Under the pieces are notes generated by a model. The model worked only from the letters and a program-made list of their open reading frames with translations, was not told the origin of the DNA and did not search any database. Below are positions 16,702 through 25,591 of a stretch of DNA of 40,863 nucleotides, one piece after another; position 1 is the stretch's first letter, and every line of letters begins with the position of its first letter. This DNA is from Lentimonas sp. GTDB lineage: Bacteria; Bacteroidota; Bacteroidia; Flavobacteriales_D; Crocinitomicaceae. The DNA lies in the NCBI GenBank assembly GCA_047637535.1, contig JBLIKY010000001.1, positions 1 to 40,863 of the forward strand. The letters run 5' to 3'. A program made the translations under genes and the position numbers.

Positions 16702-19170
16702 ATGAAGAAACTAAGCATTCTTACTTTATTTTCTTTATTAGCCGCAAATACTATTTTGGCCTCAACGGGTCGCTATCGAATGCTGTTTAATGAAGACCCT
16801 TCCACCCAAATTACTTTGGCATGGGAGCAAATCTCTGGAACCGATCCAGTAGTGCATTTTGGAACCGAAGATTTTGGAACTGATGCCTCACAATACCCTT
16901 TAAACCAATCGCCTTATCGCTCGACTCAGTACATGGGTATGTCCAACCAATTTGCCGTTTTGGACAATTTAACCCCAAATACTGCCTACTTCTTTGTTAT
17001 CGAAGATAGCGAAGGGTTGAGCGAACGATTTTGGTTTAAAACTTGTCCTGGCACTAGTGATCAACCCTTATCATTTATCTCTGGTGGAGATTCAAGGTCG
17101 GGTCAGACACAAAGAATTAACGCCAATATTTTTGTCGCTAAAATTCGTCCACACGCTGTATTATTCGGAGGAGATTTAACCAACAATCCTACGAATACTA
17201 GTTGCCAAATGTGGCTTGATGATTGGCAATATACAATTACAGAGGACAAACAAATGATACCTATTGTACACTCATTCGGAAACCATGAAGCCTATTCTGA
17301 CGGAGGACCTTCAATCTTAAATGACCTTTTTGACACTCCTTTTGATGCTTACTACAAAGTAACATTTGGCGGTGATCTATTTTCTGTTTATTCCCTGAAT
17401 GGTGAATTGCTTCCTGGACATGATATTGCTAACGATGCAAAACGTCAAGAGCAAAAGGCTTGGTTAGAGCAAACAATTCCGGGAGACACGGCAATTTGGA
17501 AAAGTGCTCAATACCACAGACCTATGCAGCCTCATAACTCGACCAAACAAGACGGTCAAGACGAATTCAACGATTGGGCTCAAACGTTTTATGATAATGG
17601 CGTTAGATTAGTTATGGAAAGTGATGCGCATTGCGTCAAAGTAACGCAAGAAGTTAGGCCTTCTGCACCAACCGCAACATTACCTGTTGCCACAGGATGG
17701 TTTTCAACAACCGAAATTGCTAAGGACAAGGGATACACCTTCATTGGTGAAGGTTCTTGGGGTACATTAAGAGGAGCAGACAAACCGCAAGATATTACTG
17801 CAGCAACAGGAAGTTTTTATCAAGTTGCCTGGATAATAGTAACTGAGTGTCAAATTATGGTACGCACCATCGACACTCAAGACCCTGATTCTTTCGAAGC
17901 CCATTCAAAAAATGATCTTTTTACAATTTCTCCTTCTTTGGAGGCACTCATATGGAAACCAACTGAGTTGCCAACTGGAATCGTTAACATCTCAAGATGC
18001 AATGTTCCTTTTGCTTCTTTCGATGTGGATAAAAAAGTGGTTTGTCAAGAAGAAGAAATTCTCTTTGCAGATCAATCTACAAACAATCCAACAACGCATG
18101 CGTGGGACTTTGGTGACGGAGAGGTTTCAAGTGATCAAAACCCAACTCATGCCTATGCGCAAAATGGGATTTATGAAGTTACTTTAACAGCTTCTAACAA
18201 TGATGGTACTGACACAAGAACAATTACACAAATGATAACCATAAAGAGCAATCCTATTTTGGTTTCGGAAGAAAACGTTACTGTTTGTGATGGTGAAGGT
18301 GTTGTTTTATCCGTTTCAGGTGCCGATTCTTATGATTGGGACAACGGAGCCAGCTTAACAGATAATTATGAAGTCTCTCCAACGGATTTGACAAACTATT
18401 CAGTTATAGGAACAACAGGGGGTTGTTCGACCGAAAAAACCATCGAAGTTACACCGACTGAAAGTCCAGTTGTGATGGCCATGAACGACACCACAATTTG
18501 CGAAGGGCAAGAAGTTCAATTGACAGCCACTGGTGCTGACGAGTATATATGGGACAACAATCCACAAAGCGGAAATAATCCAACGGTCACTCCAAGTCAA
18601 AGCACAAAATTCTTTGTACAAGGTGTCTCAAATGGTTGCGAGAATATGGACAGTGTTTTGGTTCTAGTTTCTCCGTCTCCTGAGGTATTAATAGACGAGT
18701 TTTCCAATGATTATGTTTGTGTTACGCAAGGTGATATTGTATTGCCAACAGGAACACCTGCCGGTGGGATTTATTCAGGAAATGGCATCGTCGGAGACAA
18801 CTTCAACACGATCATAGCAGGTACAGGAGAACATTTTATCACCTATACCTTCCAAGACAACAATGACTGCGAAGCAGATGCTTCATCAAGAATATTTGTT
18901 TCAGGATGCTTAGATATTTCTGAAGAAGAAATCAACTTATTCTCAATCTATCCAAATCCTGCGAGTGATTATATTTTAATTGAGCGTGACAGTCCGTCTG
19001 AGTACACACAAATCGAAATATTGAATACCACAGGTCAAGTTGTTTACACCAAAACCGTATTTGACTTCCCGATAACCATTCAGATTAAGGATTGGGCAAG
19101 AGGAACCTATTTCATTCGATTTGCAGATGAAAAAGGAAAATCAACCGGTAAGAAAGTTGTGATTCAATAA
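16702..19170 (+). CDS. T9SS-secreted multidomain protein: purple-acid-phosphatase-like metallophosphoesterase + PKD domain + Cys-containing Ig-like repeats + T9SS C-terminal sorting domain
   Basis: Signal peptide from the ATG at 16702 (MKKLSILTLFSLLAANTILAS). Metallophosphatase motifs GGDSR, GGDL, GNHE and SDAH. PKD signature WDFGDG...NPTHAY...GIYEVTLTASN. Repeats V/ICxGxxVxLxxxGADxYxWDN. C-terminus LFSIYPNPASDYILIE...GTYFIRF (Por_Secre_tail/TIGR04183-like). Confidence 0.85.
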   Translation: MKKLSILTLFSLLAANTILASTGRYRMLFNEDPSTQITLAWEQISGTDPVVHFGTEDFGTDASQYPLNQSPYRSTQYMGMSNQFAVLDNLTPNTAYFFVIEDSEGLSERFWFKTCPGTSDQPLSFISGGDSRSGQTQRINANIFVAKIRPHAVLFGGDLTNNPTNTSCQMWLDDWQYTITEDKQMIPIVHSFGNHEAYSDGGPSILNDLFDTPFDAYYKVTFGGDLFSVYSLNGELLPGHDIANDAKRQEQKAWLEQTIPGDTAIWKSAQYHRPMQPHNSTKQDGQDEFNDWAQTFYDNGVRLVMESDAHCVKVTQEVRPSAPTATLPVATGWFSTTEIAKDKGYTFIGEGSWGTLRGADKPQDITAATGSFYQVAWIIVTECQIMVRTIDTQDPDSFEAHSKNDLFTISPSLEALIWKPTELPTGIVNISRCNVPFASFDVDKKVVCQEEEILFADQSTNNPTTHAWDFGDGEVSSDQNPTHAYAQNGIYEVTLTASNNDGTDTRTITQMITIKSNPILVSEENVTVCDGEGVVLSVSGADSYDWDNGASLTDNYEVSPTDLTNYSVIGTTGGCSTEKTIEVTPTESPVVMAMNDTTICEGQEVQLTATGADEYIWDNNPQSGNNPTVTPSQSTKFFVQGVSNGCENMDSVLVLVSPSPEVLIDEFSNDYVCVTQGDIVLPTGTPAGGIYSGNGIVGDNFNTIIAGTGEHFITYTFQDNNDCEADASSRIFVSGCLDISEEEINLFSIYPNPASDYILIERDSPSEYTQIEILNTTGQVVYTKTVFDFPITIQIKDWARGTYFIRFADEKGKSTGKKVVIQ

Positions 19171-19219
19171 TAGACTACGATTCTTAATTCTTCGAAATAA
19201 TATTTTCGAAAACAAAAAA

Positions 19220-19251
19220 GGCTGTCCATCAAAATGATGGACAGCCTTTTT
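19220..19251 (+). terminator. Rho-independent terminator of 16702..19170
   Basis: GGCTGTCCATC-aaaat-GATGGACAGCC, an 11-bp perfect stem followed by TTTTT. An A-run upstream makes it potentially bidirectional. Confidence 0.8.
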
Positions 19252-19336
19252 AACTCAACTAAAAATATCTAATGTTTTATCCAACGTCCGATACCCACTA
19301 TTTCTTTAGCGGTAGCTTGTGCGTGCGTTGAAGAAT

Positions 19337-19507
19337 GAATTATTGAAAAGAAATACGCGCCGACTGAGCGAAGTCGAAGGCAAGCACACCCAACGACAAG
19401 AACCAAAAACAAGTATTCCAGAAAACAATAAACACTGCCTTCGGCTTCGCTCAGTCAGCGAATTATTGAAAAGAAATACGCGCCGACTGAGCGAAGTCGA
19501 AGGCAAG
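19337..19507. repeat. Palindromic REP/MITE-like units, locus B: a half unit at 19337-19384 and a complete 75-nt unit at 19433-19507
   Basis: The arms of the unit at 19433-19507 are identical to those of the unit at 14302-14376; only 3 loop positions differ. The half unit carries the loop and right arm only. Confidence 0.85.
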
Positions 19508-19971
19508 TGTATTGGAAAGCAATGAATTACACAACTCAGTCCTATTCCCATTCTGTAAAAAGGGCGTAATCGCTTTTTCCAACCGTTTATTTAAAAACAT
19601 TGACATCGACCCCTCGAATATAATCCGTTGTTAAAGTCGACAAAAAAGGATATTCTGGAAGGCTATAACCTGCAAAAAACATCAGTCGAACTGTTAAGGT
19701 TTTGAGTCAATCGGTTTTGAGCAAAGAAGGCCCTCTTTAGAGAGAAGAGTATAAATAACAATACTATCCTCGTGAGAGGAAAATTAAGAATACACCTTGT
19801 ATATTACATTTTTGCATTGTGGGATAAAAACAGCAAATGCCCTGTCAATTGAGAGTCTACATGGTCGATAATAATAATAATTACCCTTCCAATGTGATAT
19901 TAAACAGATTCTAAACTTTCAAAACAACTTATTTGACTATATTTAATGGGTCAAATTAAATAGTCAACATT

Positions 19972-20547
19972 ATGATGGAATGGTTTAATAGTTTGGAGTT
20001 ATTTGAACGCATTTATTGGATGATAGCGATACCGTCTTCGATGGTGTTTATTTTCATTATGTTTTCAAGTTTTCTCGGTGGAGATGCCGATGGAAGTGGC
20101 GACATGGAAGCGGACGGAAATGAGACGGGAGAAATAGGTTTTCAATTCTTTACTTTTAAGAATCTAGTCGGATTTTTTACTATTTTTTCTTGGATAGGAA
20201 TTGGATGTGCTCGTTCGGGTTATTCTCACTCAACAACCATCCTTATTTCACTGGTTTCTGGTTTAATCATGATGCTCGCCATGTCACTCTTGTTTTTCTT
20301 GATGACAAAACTCGTACAAAATGGCGCGATGAAATTATCCAATGCTTTAGGAAAAACAGGACAAGTTTATCTGCCGATTAAGGCCCAAAAAGGTGGGTTT
20401 GGAAAAGTTCAAATATCAATTCAAGGGTCCATGCACGAGATTCAAGCAATGACATTTGATGACAATGACTTGGTCGTTGGCACTATTGTTCAGGTGCAAC
20501 AAGTAGTCGACGAAAGTATATTAATAGTAACAGGAAAAATAGCGTAA
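19972..20547 (+). CDS. NfeD/YqiJ-like membrane protein, partner of flotillin
   Basis: 191 aa. Membrane segments plus a C-terminal soluble OB-like tail (GKTGQVYLPI...GFGKVQISIQGSMHEIQA). It lies 7 nt upstream of an SPFH/flotillin gene, as in yqiJ-yqiK and yuaF-floT. Confidence 0.78.
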   Translation: MMEWFNSLELFERIYWMIAIPSSMVFIFIMFSSFLGGDADGSGDMEADGNETGEIGFQFFTFKNLVGFFTIFSWIGIGCARSGYSHSTTILISLVSGLIMMLAMSLLFFLMTKLVQNGAMKLSNALGKTGQVYLPIKAQKGGFGKVQISIQGSMHEIQAMTFDDNDLVVGTIVQVQQVVDESILIVTGKIA

Positions 20548-20554
20548 ACACATT

Positions 20555-22132
20555 ATGGAACAAGGACAAGGAATTTCGTTTATACTCGTCGGCATAATTG
20601 CCGCGGTTTTATTTATTATCGTATTGTTCTATGCGATGATCAAGCGCTACCAGCGCTGCCCTTCAGATCAAATCTTGGTTGTTTACGGAAAAGTAGGCGC
20701 CGGAGCAGATGGTTTTAGATCTGCAAAATGTATTCATGGTGGTGCCGCTTTTATTTGGCCGGTAATTCAGGATTACGCCTTCTTGGAATTAAAGCCCATC
20801 TCCATTGAAGTTAAGCTGACCAACGCACTTTCTAAACAAAATATTCGTGTCGATGTACCTTCTAGTTTTACAGTGGGTATTTCAACAGAGGCTAATGTCA
20901 TGATGAATGCTGCCGAACGATTATTAGGTCTAAGCAAAGAACAAACTCACGATTTAGCTAAAGACATCATTTTCGGTCAACTTCGTCTCGTCGTTGCGAC
21001 AATGGACATTGAAGAAATAAACTCAAACCGAGATAAATTCTTGGCTAATGTTTCTTCAAATGTTGAAGCCGAACTGAATAAAATTGGATTAAAACTGATC
21101 AACGTTAACGTAACCGATATCAAAGATGAGTCTGGATATATCGAAGCATTGGGTAAAGAAGCCGCAGCGAAAGCTATCAATGATGCTCGTCAGAGTGTTG
21201 CTGAGAAGAATAGAGATGGTTCGATTGGTGAAGCCAATGCACACCAAGATCAAAGGACGCAAGTTGCTGCTTTAAACGCACGAGCAAAAATTGGTGAAGC
21301 GGATGCAAACCGAGAAGAAAGAATTAAAATGGCGGATGCGGGTGCACTAGCAATTGTGGGTGAGGCAGAAGCGAAGAAGTTGGAAAGAATTCAAGTTTCT
21401 GAAGCCAATGCAATAGCCGTTGAAGGTGAAAATGAAGCAAAAATTACCGTAGCAAACTCAGACGCCAAAAGACGTGAAGCGGAAGCTGAGGCGAAAAGAA
21501 TTGCCATAGCCGCTGAAAAAGTAAAAGAAGCAATGGCCTTGCAAGAATCATACACGGCTGAGAAAGATGCCGAACTTGTTCGTGCTGCAAGAGATAGAGC
21601 TTCACAAGAAGCCAACGTCATTGTTCCTGCTGAAATTGACAAACAAAAAGTCGAAATAGCTGCCGAGGCAGAAGCTGAAAACACCAGAAGAAGAGCTCAA
21701 GGTGAAGCAGATGCAATTTTTGCCAAAATGGATGCCGAAGCTCGCGGTATCTATCAAATTCTTAGTAAACAAGCCGAAGGATTTAAAGAATTGGTCGCTG
21801 CAGCCGGAGACAACTCGCAAGACGCTGTTAAGATCATGATTGCTGACAAACTTCCTGAGTTAGTAAGATTGCAATCAGAAGCAATCAAAAACATTAAAAT
21901 TGATAAGGTTACTGTTTGGGATTCTGGTAAAGGTTCGTCGGGTAAATCATCTACCGCAGACTTCATCTCAGGAATCTACGGATCTGTACCTCCTCTACAA
22001 GAAATGTTTAACATGGCCGGAATGGATTTGCCTGAATACTTAAAAGGTAAGAATAAAGAAGGTGAATCAACTCCAACCAAATCCATAGAGGATAAAAAAG
22101 AGGATGACATAACTGAAACGGAAGGAGAATAG
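20555..22132 (+). CDS. Flotillin-family SPFH/Band 7 protein (FloT/YqiK-like)
   Basis: 525 aa. N-terminal membrane hairpin, SPFH domain, a long Ala/Glu-rich coiled coil (EAEAKRIAIAAEKVKEA...), and a flotillin C-terminal region. Confidence 0.92.
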   Translation: MEQGQGISFILVGIIAAVLFIIVLFYAMIKRYQRCPSDQILVVYGKVGAGADGFRSAKCIHGGAAFIWPVIQDYAFLELKPISIEVKLTNALSKQNIRVDVPSSFTVGISTEANVMMNAAERLLGLSKEQTHDLAKDIIFGQLRLVVATMDIEEINSNRDKFLANVSSNVEAELNKIGLKLINVNVTDIKDESGYIEALGKEAAAKAINDARQSVAEKNRDGSIGEANAHQDQRTQVAALNARAKIGEADANREERIKMADAGALAIVGEAEAKKLERIQVSEANAIAVEGENEAKITVANSDAKRREAEAEAKRIAIAAEKVKEAMALQESYTAEKDAELVRAARDRASQEANVIVPAEIDKQKVEIAAEAEAENTRRRAQGEADAIFAKMDAEARGIYQILSKQAEGFKELVAAAGDNSQDAVKIMIADKLPELVRLQSEAIKNIKIDKVTVWDSGKGSSGKSSTADFISGIYGSVPPLQEMFNMAGMDLPEYLKGKNKEGESTPTKSIEDKKEDDITETEGE

Positions 22133-22159
22133 GTAAGCTTCACAAAGTAATAGCAATTA

Positions 22160-22203
22160 AACCAAAACAAGCCTTAGAAATATCTAAGGCTTGTTTTGGT
22201 TTT
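22160..22203 (+). terminator. Rho-independent terminator of the NfeD-flotillin operon
   Basis: AACCAAAACAAGCCTTAG-aaatat-CTAAGGCTTGTTTTGGTT, an 18-bp perfect stem that runs into T residues. Confidence 0.75.
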
Positions 22204-22246
22204 AACGAATCTCAAAATTTTCTTTATTAAAACTATTCGCTGTCAA

Positions 22247-22283
22247 ATCTGCTTCCGCGCCATTCCATCGTGCGGAAGCAGAT
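22247..22283 (-). terminator. Hairpin downstream of manC, a possible terminator
   Basis: ATCTGCTTCCGC...GCGGAAGCAGAT, a 12-bp perfect stem with a 13-nt loop. On the - strand it is followed only by TTTG, so the U tract is weak. Confidence 0.4.
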
Positions 22284-22311
22284 AACATTAACAAATACTG
22301 TAAAGAGAATG

Positions 22312-23370
22312 CTACCCCTTCAAATACTCCTTAAGGTTCTGCTCATCCTTAAGATTTAATATCATCAATTTATCATCCGACTCAACAACGATATATCCGT
22401 CCAATCCCTGAATGATGGCCGTTTTACCTTTTGGAAGATTGACTAAACAGTTTTGAGATTCTATCATTTTAATGGATCCGCCGATTGCTGAGTTGTTAAA
22501 TGCATCTTTTGGCAGGTGATCTGAGAGCGAACCCCAAGTTCCTAAATCGGACCAATCGAAAGTTGCCAAAACCAAATCGACGTTTTTGGCATTTTCCATC
22601 ACGGCAAAGTCGATGGAAATATCTTCACAATCTCTAAAGCATTGGTTCACCATTTCTTGTTCGCCCGGCGTATTATAAGCCTCACTTTTATCCGTAAAAA
22701 GAAAGTGTAAAGTCGGCTGAAAATCTTTCAATGCTTTTAATATCGTACTTGCCTTCCAGATAAATATACCTGAGTTCCAATAAAAATTACCGGCTTCGAC
22801 GAAGCTTTGTGCAGTTTCTAAATCGGGTTTTTCTCTAAATTGTTTTACCTCAACCGCTTGACCTGGCAAGACCTCATTATTCGCATCGTACTCTATATAT
22901 CCGTATCCCGTATCTGGTCGCGTAGGCTGTATTCCCAAGGTTACAATACTGTCATTTTTGTCTGCTGTATCCAAAGCAGTTTGTATTGTTGATGCGAATG
23001 CCTGTTCGTTTAAAATCAAATGATCAGAAGGTGCCACAACCATTCTTGCATCCGGATTAAGCGCCAATAATTTTGCCGCTGCATAAGCTATGCAAGGGGC
23101 TGTGTTTTTTCGTTCTGGTTCGCACAAAACTTGCTCTCTATTTAAATCTGGCAATTGCTCCAAGACAATATCTGCGTAGCTGCTGTTGGTAAGAATATAT
23201 ATGTTTTCTTTCGGCGAGATGGCGAGCAATCTATCGTAAGTAAGTTGAATCAGACTTTTTCCTATTCCCAATACGTCTAAAAACTGCTTCGGATATTCGG
23301 GAGTTGACATAGGCCAAAACCGACTTCCGATTCCTCCTGCCATGATGATGCTATATTGATTCTTTTTCAT
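22312..23370 (-). CDS. manC: Mannose-1-phosphate guanylyltransferase, nucleotidyltransferase domain only
   Basis: 352 aa. MAGGIGSRFWPMS...PKQF N-terminal NTP-transferase motif, with overall similarity to GDP-mannose pyrophosphorylases. Confidence 0.88.
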   Translation of the reverse strand: MKKNQYSIIMAGGIGSRFWPMSTPEYPKQFLDVLGIGKSLIQLTYDRLLAISPKENIYILTNSSYADIVLEQLPDLNREQVLCEPERKNTAPCIAYAAAKLLALNPDARMVVAPSDHLILNEQAFASTIQTALDTADKNDSIVTLGIQPTRPDTGYGYIEYDANNEVLPGQAVEVKQFREKPDLETAQSFVEAGNFYWNSGIFIWKASTILKALKDFQPTLHFLFTDKSEAYNTPGEQEMVNQCFRDCEDISIDFAVMENAKNVDLVLATFDWSDLGTWGSLSDHLPKDAFNNSAIGGSIKMIESQNCLVNLPKGKTAIIQGLDGYIVVESDDKLMILNLKDEQNLKEYLKG

Positions 23371-23999
23371 TCTTCCAGTTTTTTAACTTCAGCGAGAGGT
23401 GATACTAAGTACTTTTTGTGTGTATTCTTCTCTGAACAAAGATACCTTTTTCTCCTCAATTTACCTTTGATGAATACCCGGTTATTGAGTTCAAATTGTT
23501 CGCCAAAAGACAGGTTTTCTAACCATAAAATTGCCTCGGCTTCTTTGTCATGCATTCTTAAAACCCGATATAAATTATGATCTGTACAGGAAGAGGCTTT
23601 TACATTGACCAAAGAATTGACCAGAGCATTTTCAATGTCCTGCGGAAATGTTTTTCGATTTATAAAAGGTAATAATAACTCTCTATATGTATTTTGCCAT
23701 TCTATGCCGTGGGCTTTTATTTTTCTTCCGTGGTTAAGAAAGGCGAAAAAATGTGCGATTTCATGAAGGGTTGTAATTAAGAAAGAAAATTGATTTAGGT
23801 TTCCATTGACTGTAATCTTGGCTTTTTTATCTCCGTGAGAAAACCGAAAATCACCGAGTTTGGTTTTTCGGGGCTTGACAACAGAGAAGTCTAAAGGTTC
23901 GCGACAAAGTAAATCGTACAAAAACTCTTCACATCCCACTGGAACATATTTCTGTAAAACTGCGATATACTTTTCTTTTCCTTTGCCGTTCATCGACAC
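23367..23999 (-). CDS. SprT-like zinc-metalloprotease-domain protein
   Basis: 210 aa. HEIAHF zinc-binding motif in a SprT-like context. Its stop overlaps the manC start (ATGA). Confidence 0.72.
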   Translation of the reverse strand: MSMNGKGKEKYIAVLQKYVPVGCEEFLYDLLCREPLDFSVVKPRKTKLGDFRFSHGDKKAKITVNGNLNQFSFLITTLHEIAHFFAFLNHGRKIKAHGIEWQNTYRELLLPFINRKTFPQDIENALVNSLVNVKASSCTDHNLYRVLRMHDKEAEAILWLENLSFGEQFELNNRVFIKGKLRRKRYLCSEKNTHKKYLVSPLAEVKKLEE

Positions 24000-24038
24000 A
24001 AAAATAAGGTTTCAAACAATGCCTTTTTAAAACTTTCA

Positions 24039-24827
24039 ATGACCGCCTTAACAAAAATGGAAATTAACCTTAACTTAGTGGCGTACATGAAGATTTTACA
24101 CAATATAGGCAAGTATTTTCAAATGCTTATCATCGTTTTTTCTAAGCCAGAAAAGGGAAAAATATTCCGGATTCGACTCTTCGAAGAAATCCAAAAAATA
24201 GGAATTAATTCCATTCCAATTGTCGCTTTGCTGTCCATGTTTATGGGTGCGGTAATCGCTTTGCAGACTGCGTCAAATATGGATTCTCCTCTCCTGCCAG
24301 AATATACAATTGGCTATATTACCCGATCGAGTACAATACTAGAATTTTCCCCTACGATTATATCATTAATCCTAGCCGGAAAAATAGGATCTAACATTGC
24401 ATCTGAGATTGGAACGATGAGGGTGACCGAACAAATAGACGCACTCGAAATAATGGGAATCAATTCCCTTTCTCACCTCGTTTTACCTAAAATCCTTGGT
24501 TCAATCATCTTTTTCCCTGTTTTGTTGATATTTTCTATTTGTTTGAGTTTGATTGGAGGTTGGTTTGCAGTAACCTCAGCGGGACTTTCTTCAACAGAGA
24601 CATATATACTCGGACTCCGTTCTTTCTTCGTCTTGGGCAACGTATTTTACGCCTTGACAAAGTGCATTGTTTTTGCATTTATCATTGTATCTGTTTCGTC
24701 ATTTTACGGTTATCACACCAAAGGAGGAGCACTTGATGTCGGAAGATCATCAACTCAAGCTGTAGTAAGTAGCAGTATCGTGATATTAATTGCCAATCTA
24801 GTATTGACCCAAATGCTTTTAACCTGA
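24039..24827 (+). CDS. mlaE: MlaE-family ABC transporter permease
   Basis: 262 aa, MlaE/Ttg2B-like (GINSIPIVALLSMFMGAVIALQ..., MRVTEQIDALEIMGIN). An alternative start at ATG 24087 is equally plausible. Confidence 0.85.
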   Translation: MTALTKMEINLNLVAYMKILHNIGKYFQMLIIVFSKPEKGKIFRIRLFEEIQKIGINSIPIVALLSMFMGAVIALQTASNMDSPLLPEYTIGYITRSSTILEFSPTIISLILAGKIGSNIASEIGTMRVTEQIDALEIMGINSLSHLVLPKILGSIIFFPVLLIFSICLSLIGGWFAVTSAGLSSTETYILGLRSFFVLGNVFYALTKCIVFAFIIVSVSSFYGYHTKGGALDVGRSSTQAVVSSSIVILIANLVLTQMLLT

Positions 24828-25591
24828 TGATACAAATCGTAAATCTTGATAAGTCGTTTGGTGATAGACAAATTTTATTTGACATCAACACCTCCTTTGA
24901 AAAAGGCAAGGTGAATTTGATTATTGGACAATCTGGTCAAGGGAAATCTGTGCTAACGAAGTGTATTGTTGGCTTGCACGAGCCCGACAATGGACATGTG
25001 CTTTTCGATGACAGAAACTTTACAGAAATGGGAAGAGTGGAAAGAAAAGTATTGCGTCAAGAGATTGGAATGCTTTTTCAAGGTTCAGCCCTATTTGACT
25101 CCATGTCCGTTGAAGACAACGTTAGATTTCCATTGACGATGTTTTCAAAGATGAGCAAGAAAGAAATGCAAGATCGCGTTGATTTTTGCCTAGACCGAGT
25201 TAATCTAAAAGGTCAAAATAAATTACTCCCAGCAGAATGTTCAGGTGGGATGAAAAAACGGGTTGCTATTGCAAGAGCAATCGCGATGAATCCGAAATAT
25301 TTGTTTTGTGACGAACCAAATTCAGGGCTTGACCCACAAACTTCAATTGTAATTGATAGTTTGATTAGAGAGATTACTTATGAACTCAATATCACTACCG
25401 TTGTAATCACACACGACATGAATAGCGTTATCGAGATAGGTGACAAAATTATTTTCATTCACGAGGGTGAAAAATGGTGGGAAGGCGATAGAAAATCCAT
25501 CATTGCGACAGACAATAAAGAGATTATTGACTTTGTTTATGCGTCAGAATTCATGAAGGAGATTAAGTCTTCCATGCAGTCCAGTCGTTAA
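24827..25591 (+). CDS. mlaF: MlaF-like ABC transporter ATP-binding protein
   Basis: 254 aa. Walker A GQSGQGKS, signature CSGGMKKR, Walker B LFCDEP. Its ATG overlaps the mlaE TGA (TGATG). Confidence 0.88.
   Translation: MIQIVNLDKSFGDRQILFDINTSFEKGKVNLIIGQSGQGKSVLTKCIVGLHEPDNGHVLFDDRNFTEMGRVERKVLRQEIGMLFQGSALFDSMSVEDNVRFPLTMFSKMSKKEMQDRVDFCLDRVNLKGQNKLLPAECSGGMKKRVAIARAIAMNPKYLFCDEPNSGLDPQTSIVIDSLIREITYELNITTVVITHDMNSVIEIGDKIIFIHEGEKWWEGDRKSIIATDNKEIIDFVYASEFMKEIKSSMQSSR

Noticed and set aside
19306-19551. Track ORFs 19306..19551 (-, 81 aa) and 19319..19525 (+, 68 aa)
   Set aside because: These are mutually antisense ORFs made entirely of repeat units (RRLSEVEGK / PSTSLSRRVFLF appears twice in each). 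They are an artefact of a stop-free GC-rich palindrome.
19600-19624. E. coli-like sigma70 promoter TTGACA ... TATAAT
   Set aside because: The hexamers are separated by only 13 nt, where about 17 is needed. Bacteroidota housekeeping promoters use the TTG/TAnnTTTG grammar instead. Most likely a chance match in AT-rich DNA.
21391-21966. Ala/Ser-rich antisense ORFs within the flotillin gene (21391..21684, 21602..21820, 21754..21966)
   Set aside because: They are produced by the GC-rich GAA/GCN codon periodicity of the Ala/Glu coiled-coil region read on the opposite strand. Not independent genes.
19972-22132. NfeD + SPFH/flotillin pair as a candidate novel defence or stress system
   Set aside because: This is a long-known, broadly conserved housekeeping membrane-microdomain pair (yqiJK / yuaF-floT type). 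There are no nuclease, NTPase, protease or other effector-like neighbours and no mobile-element context.
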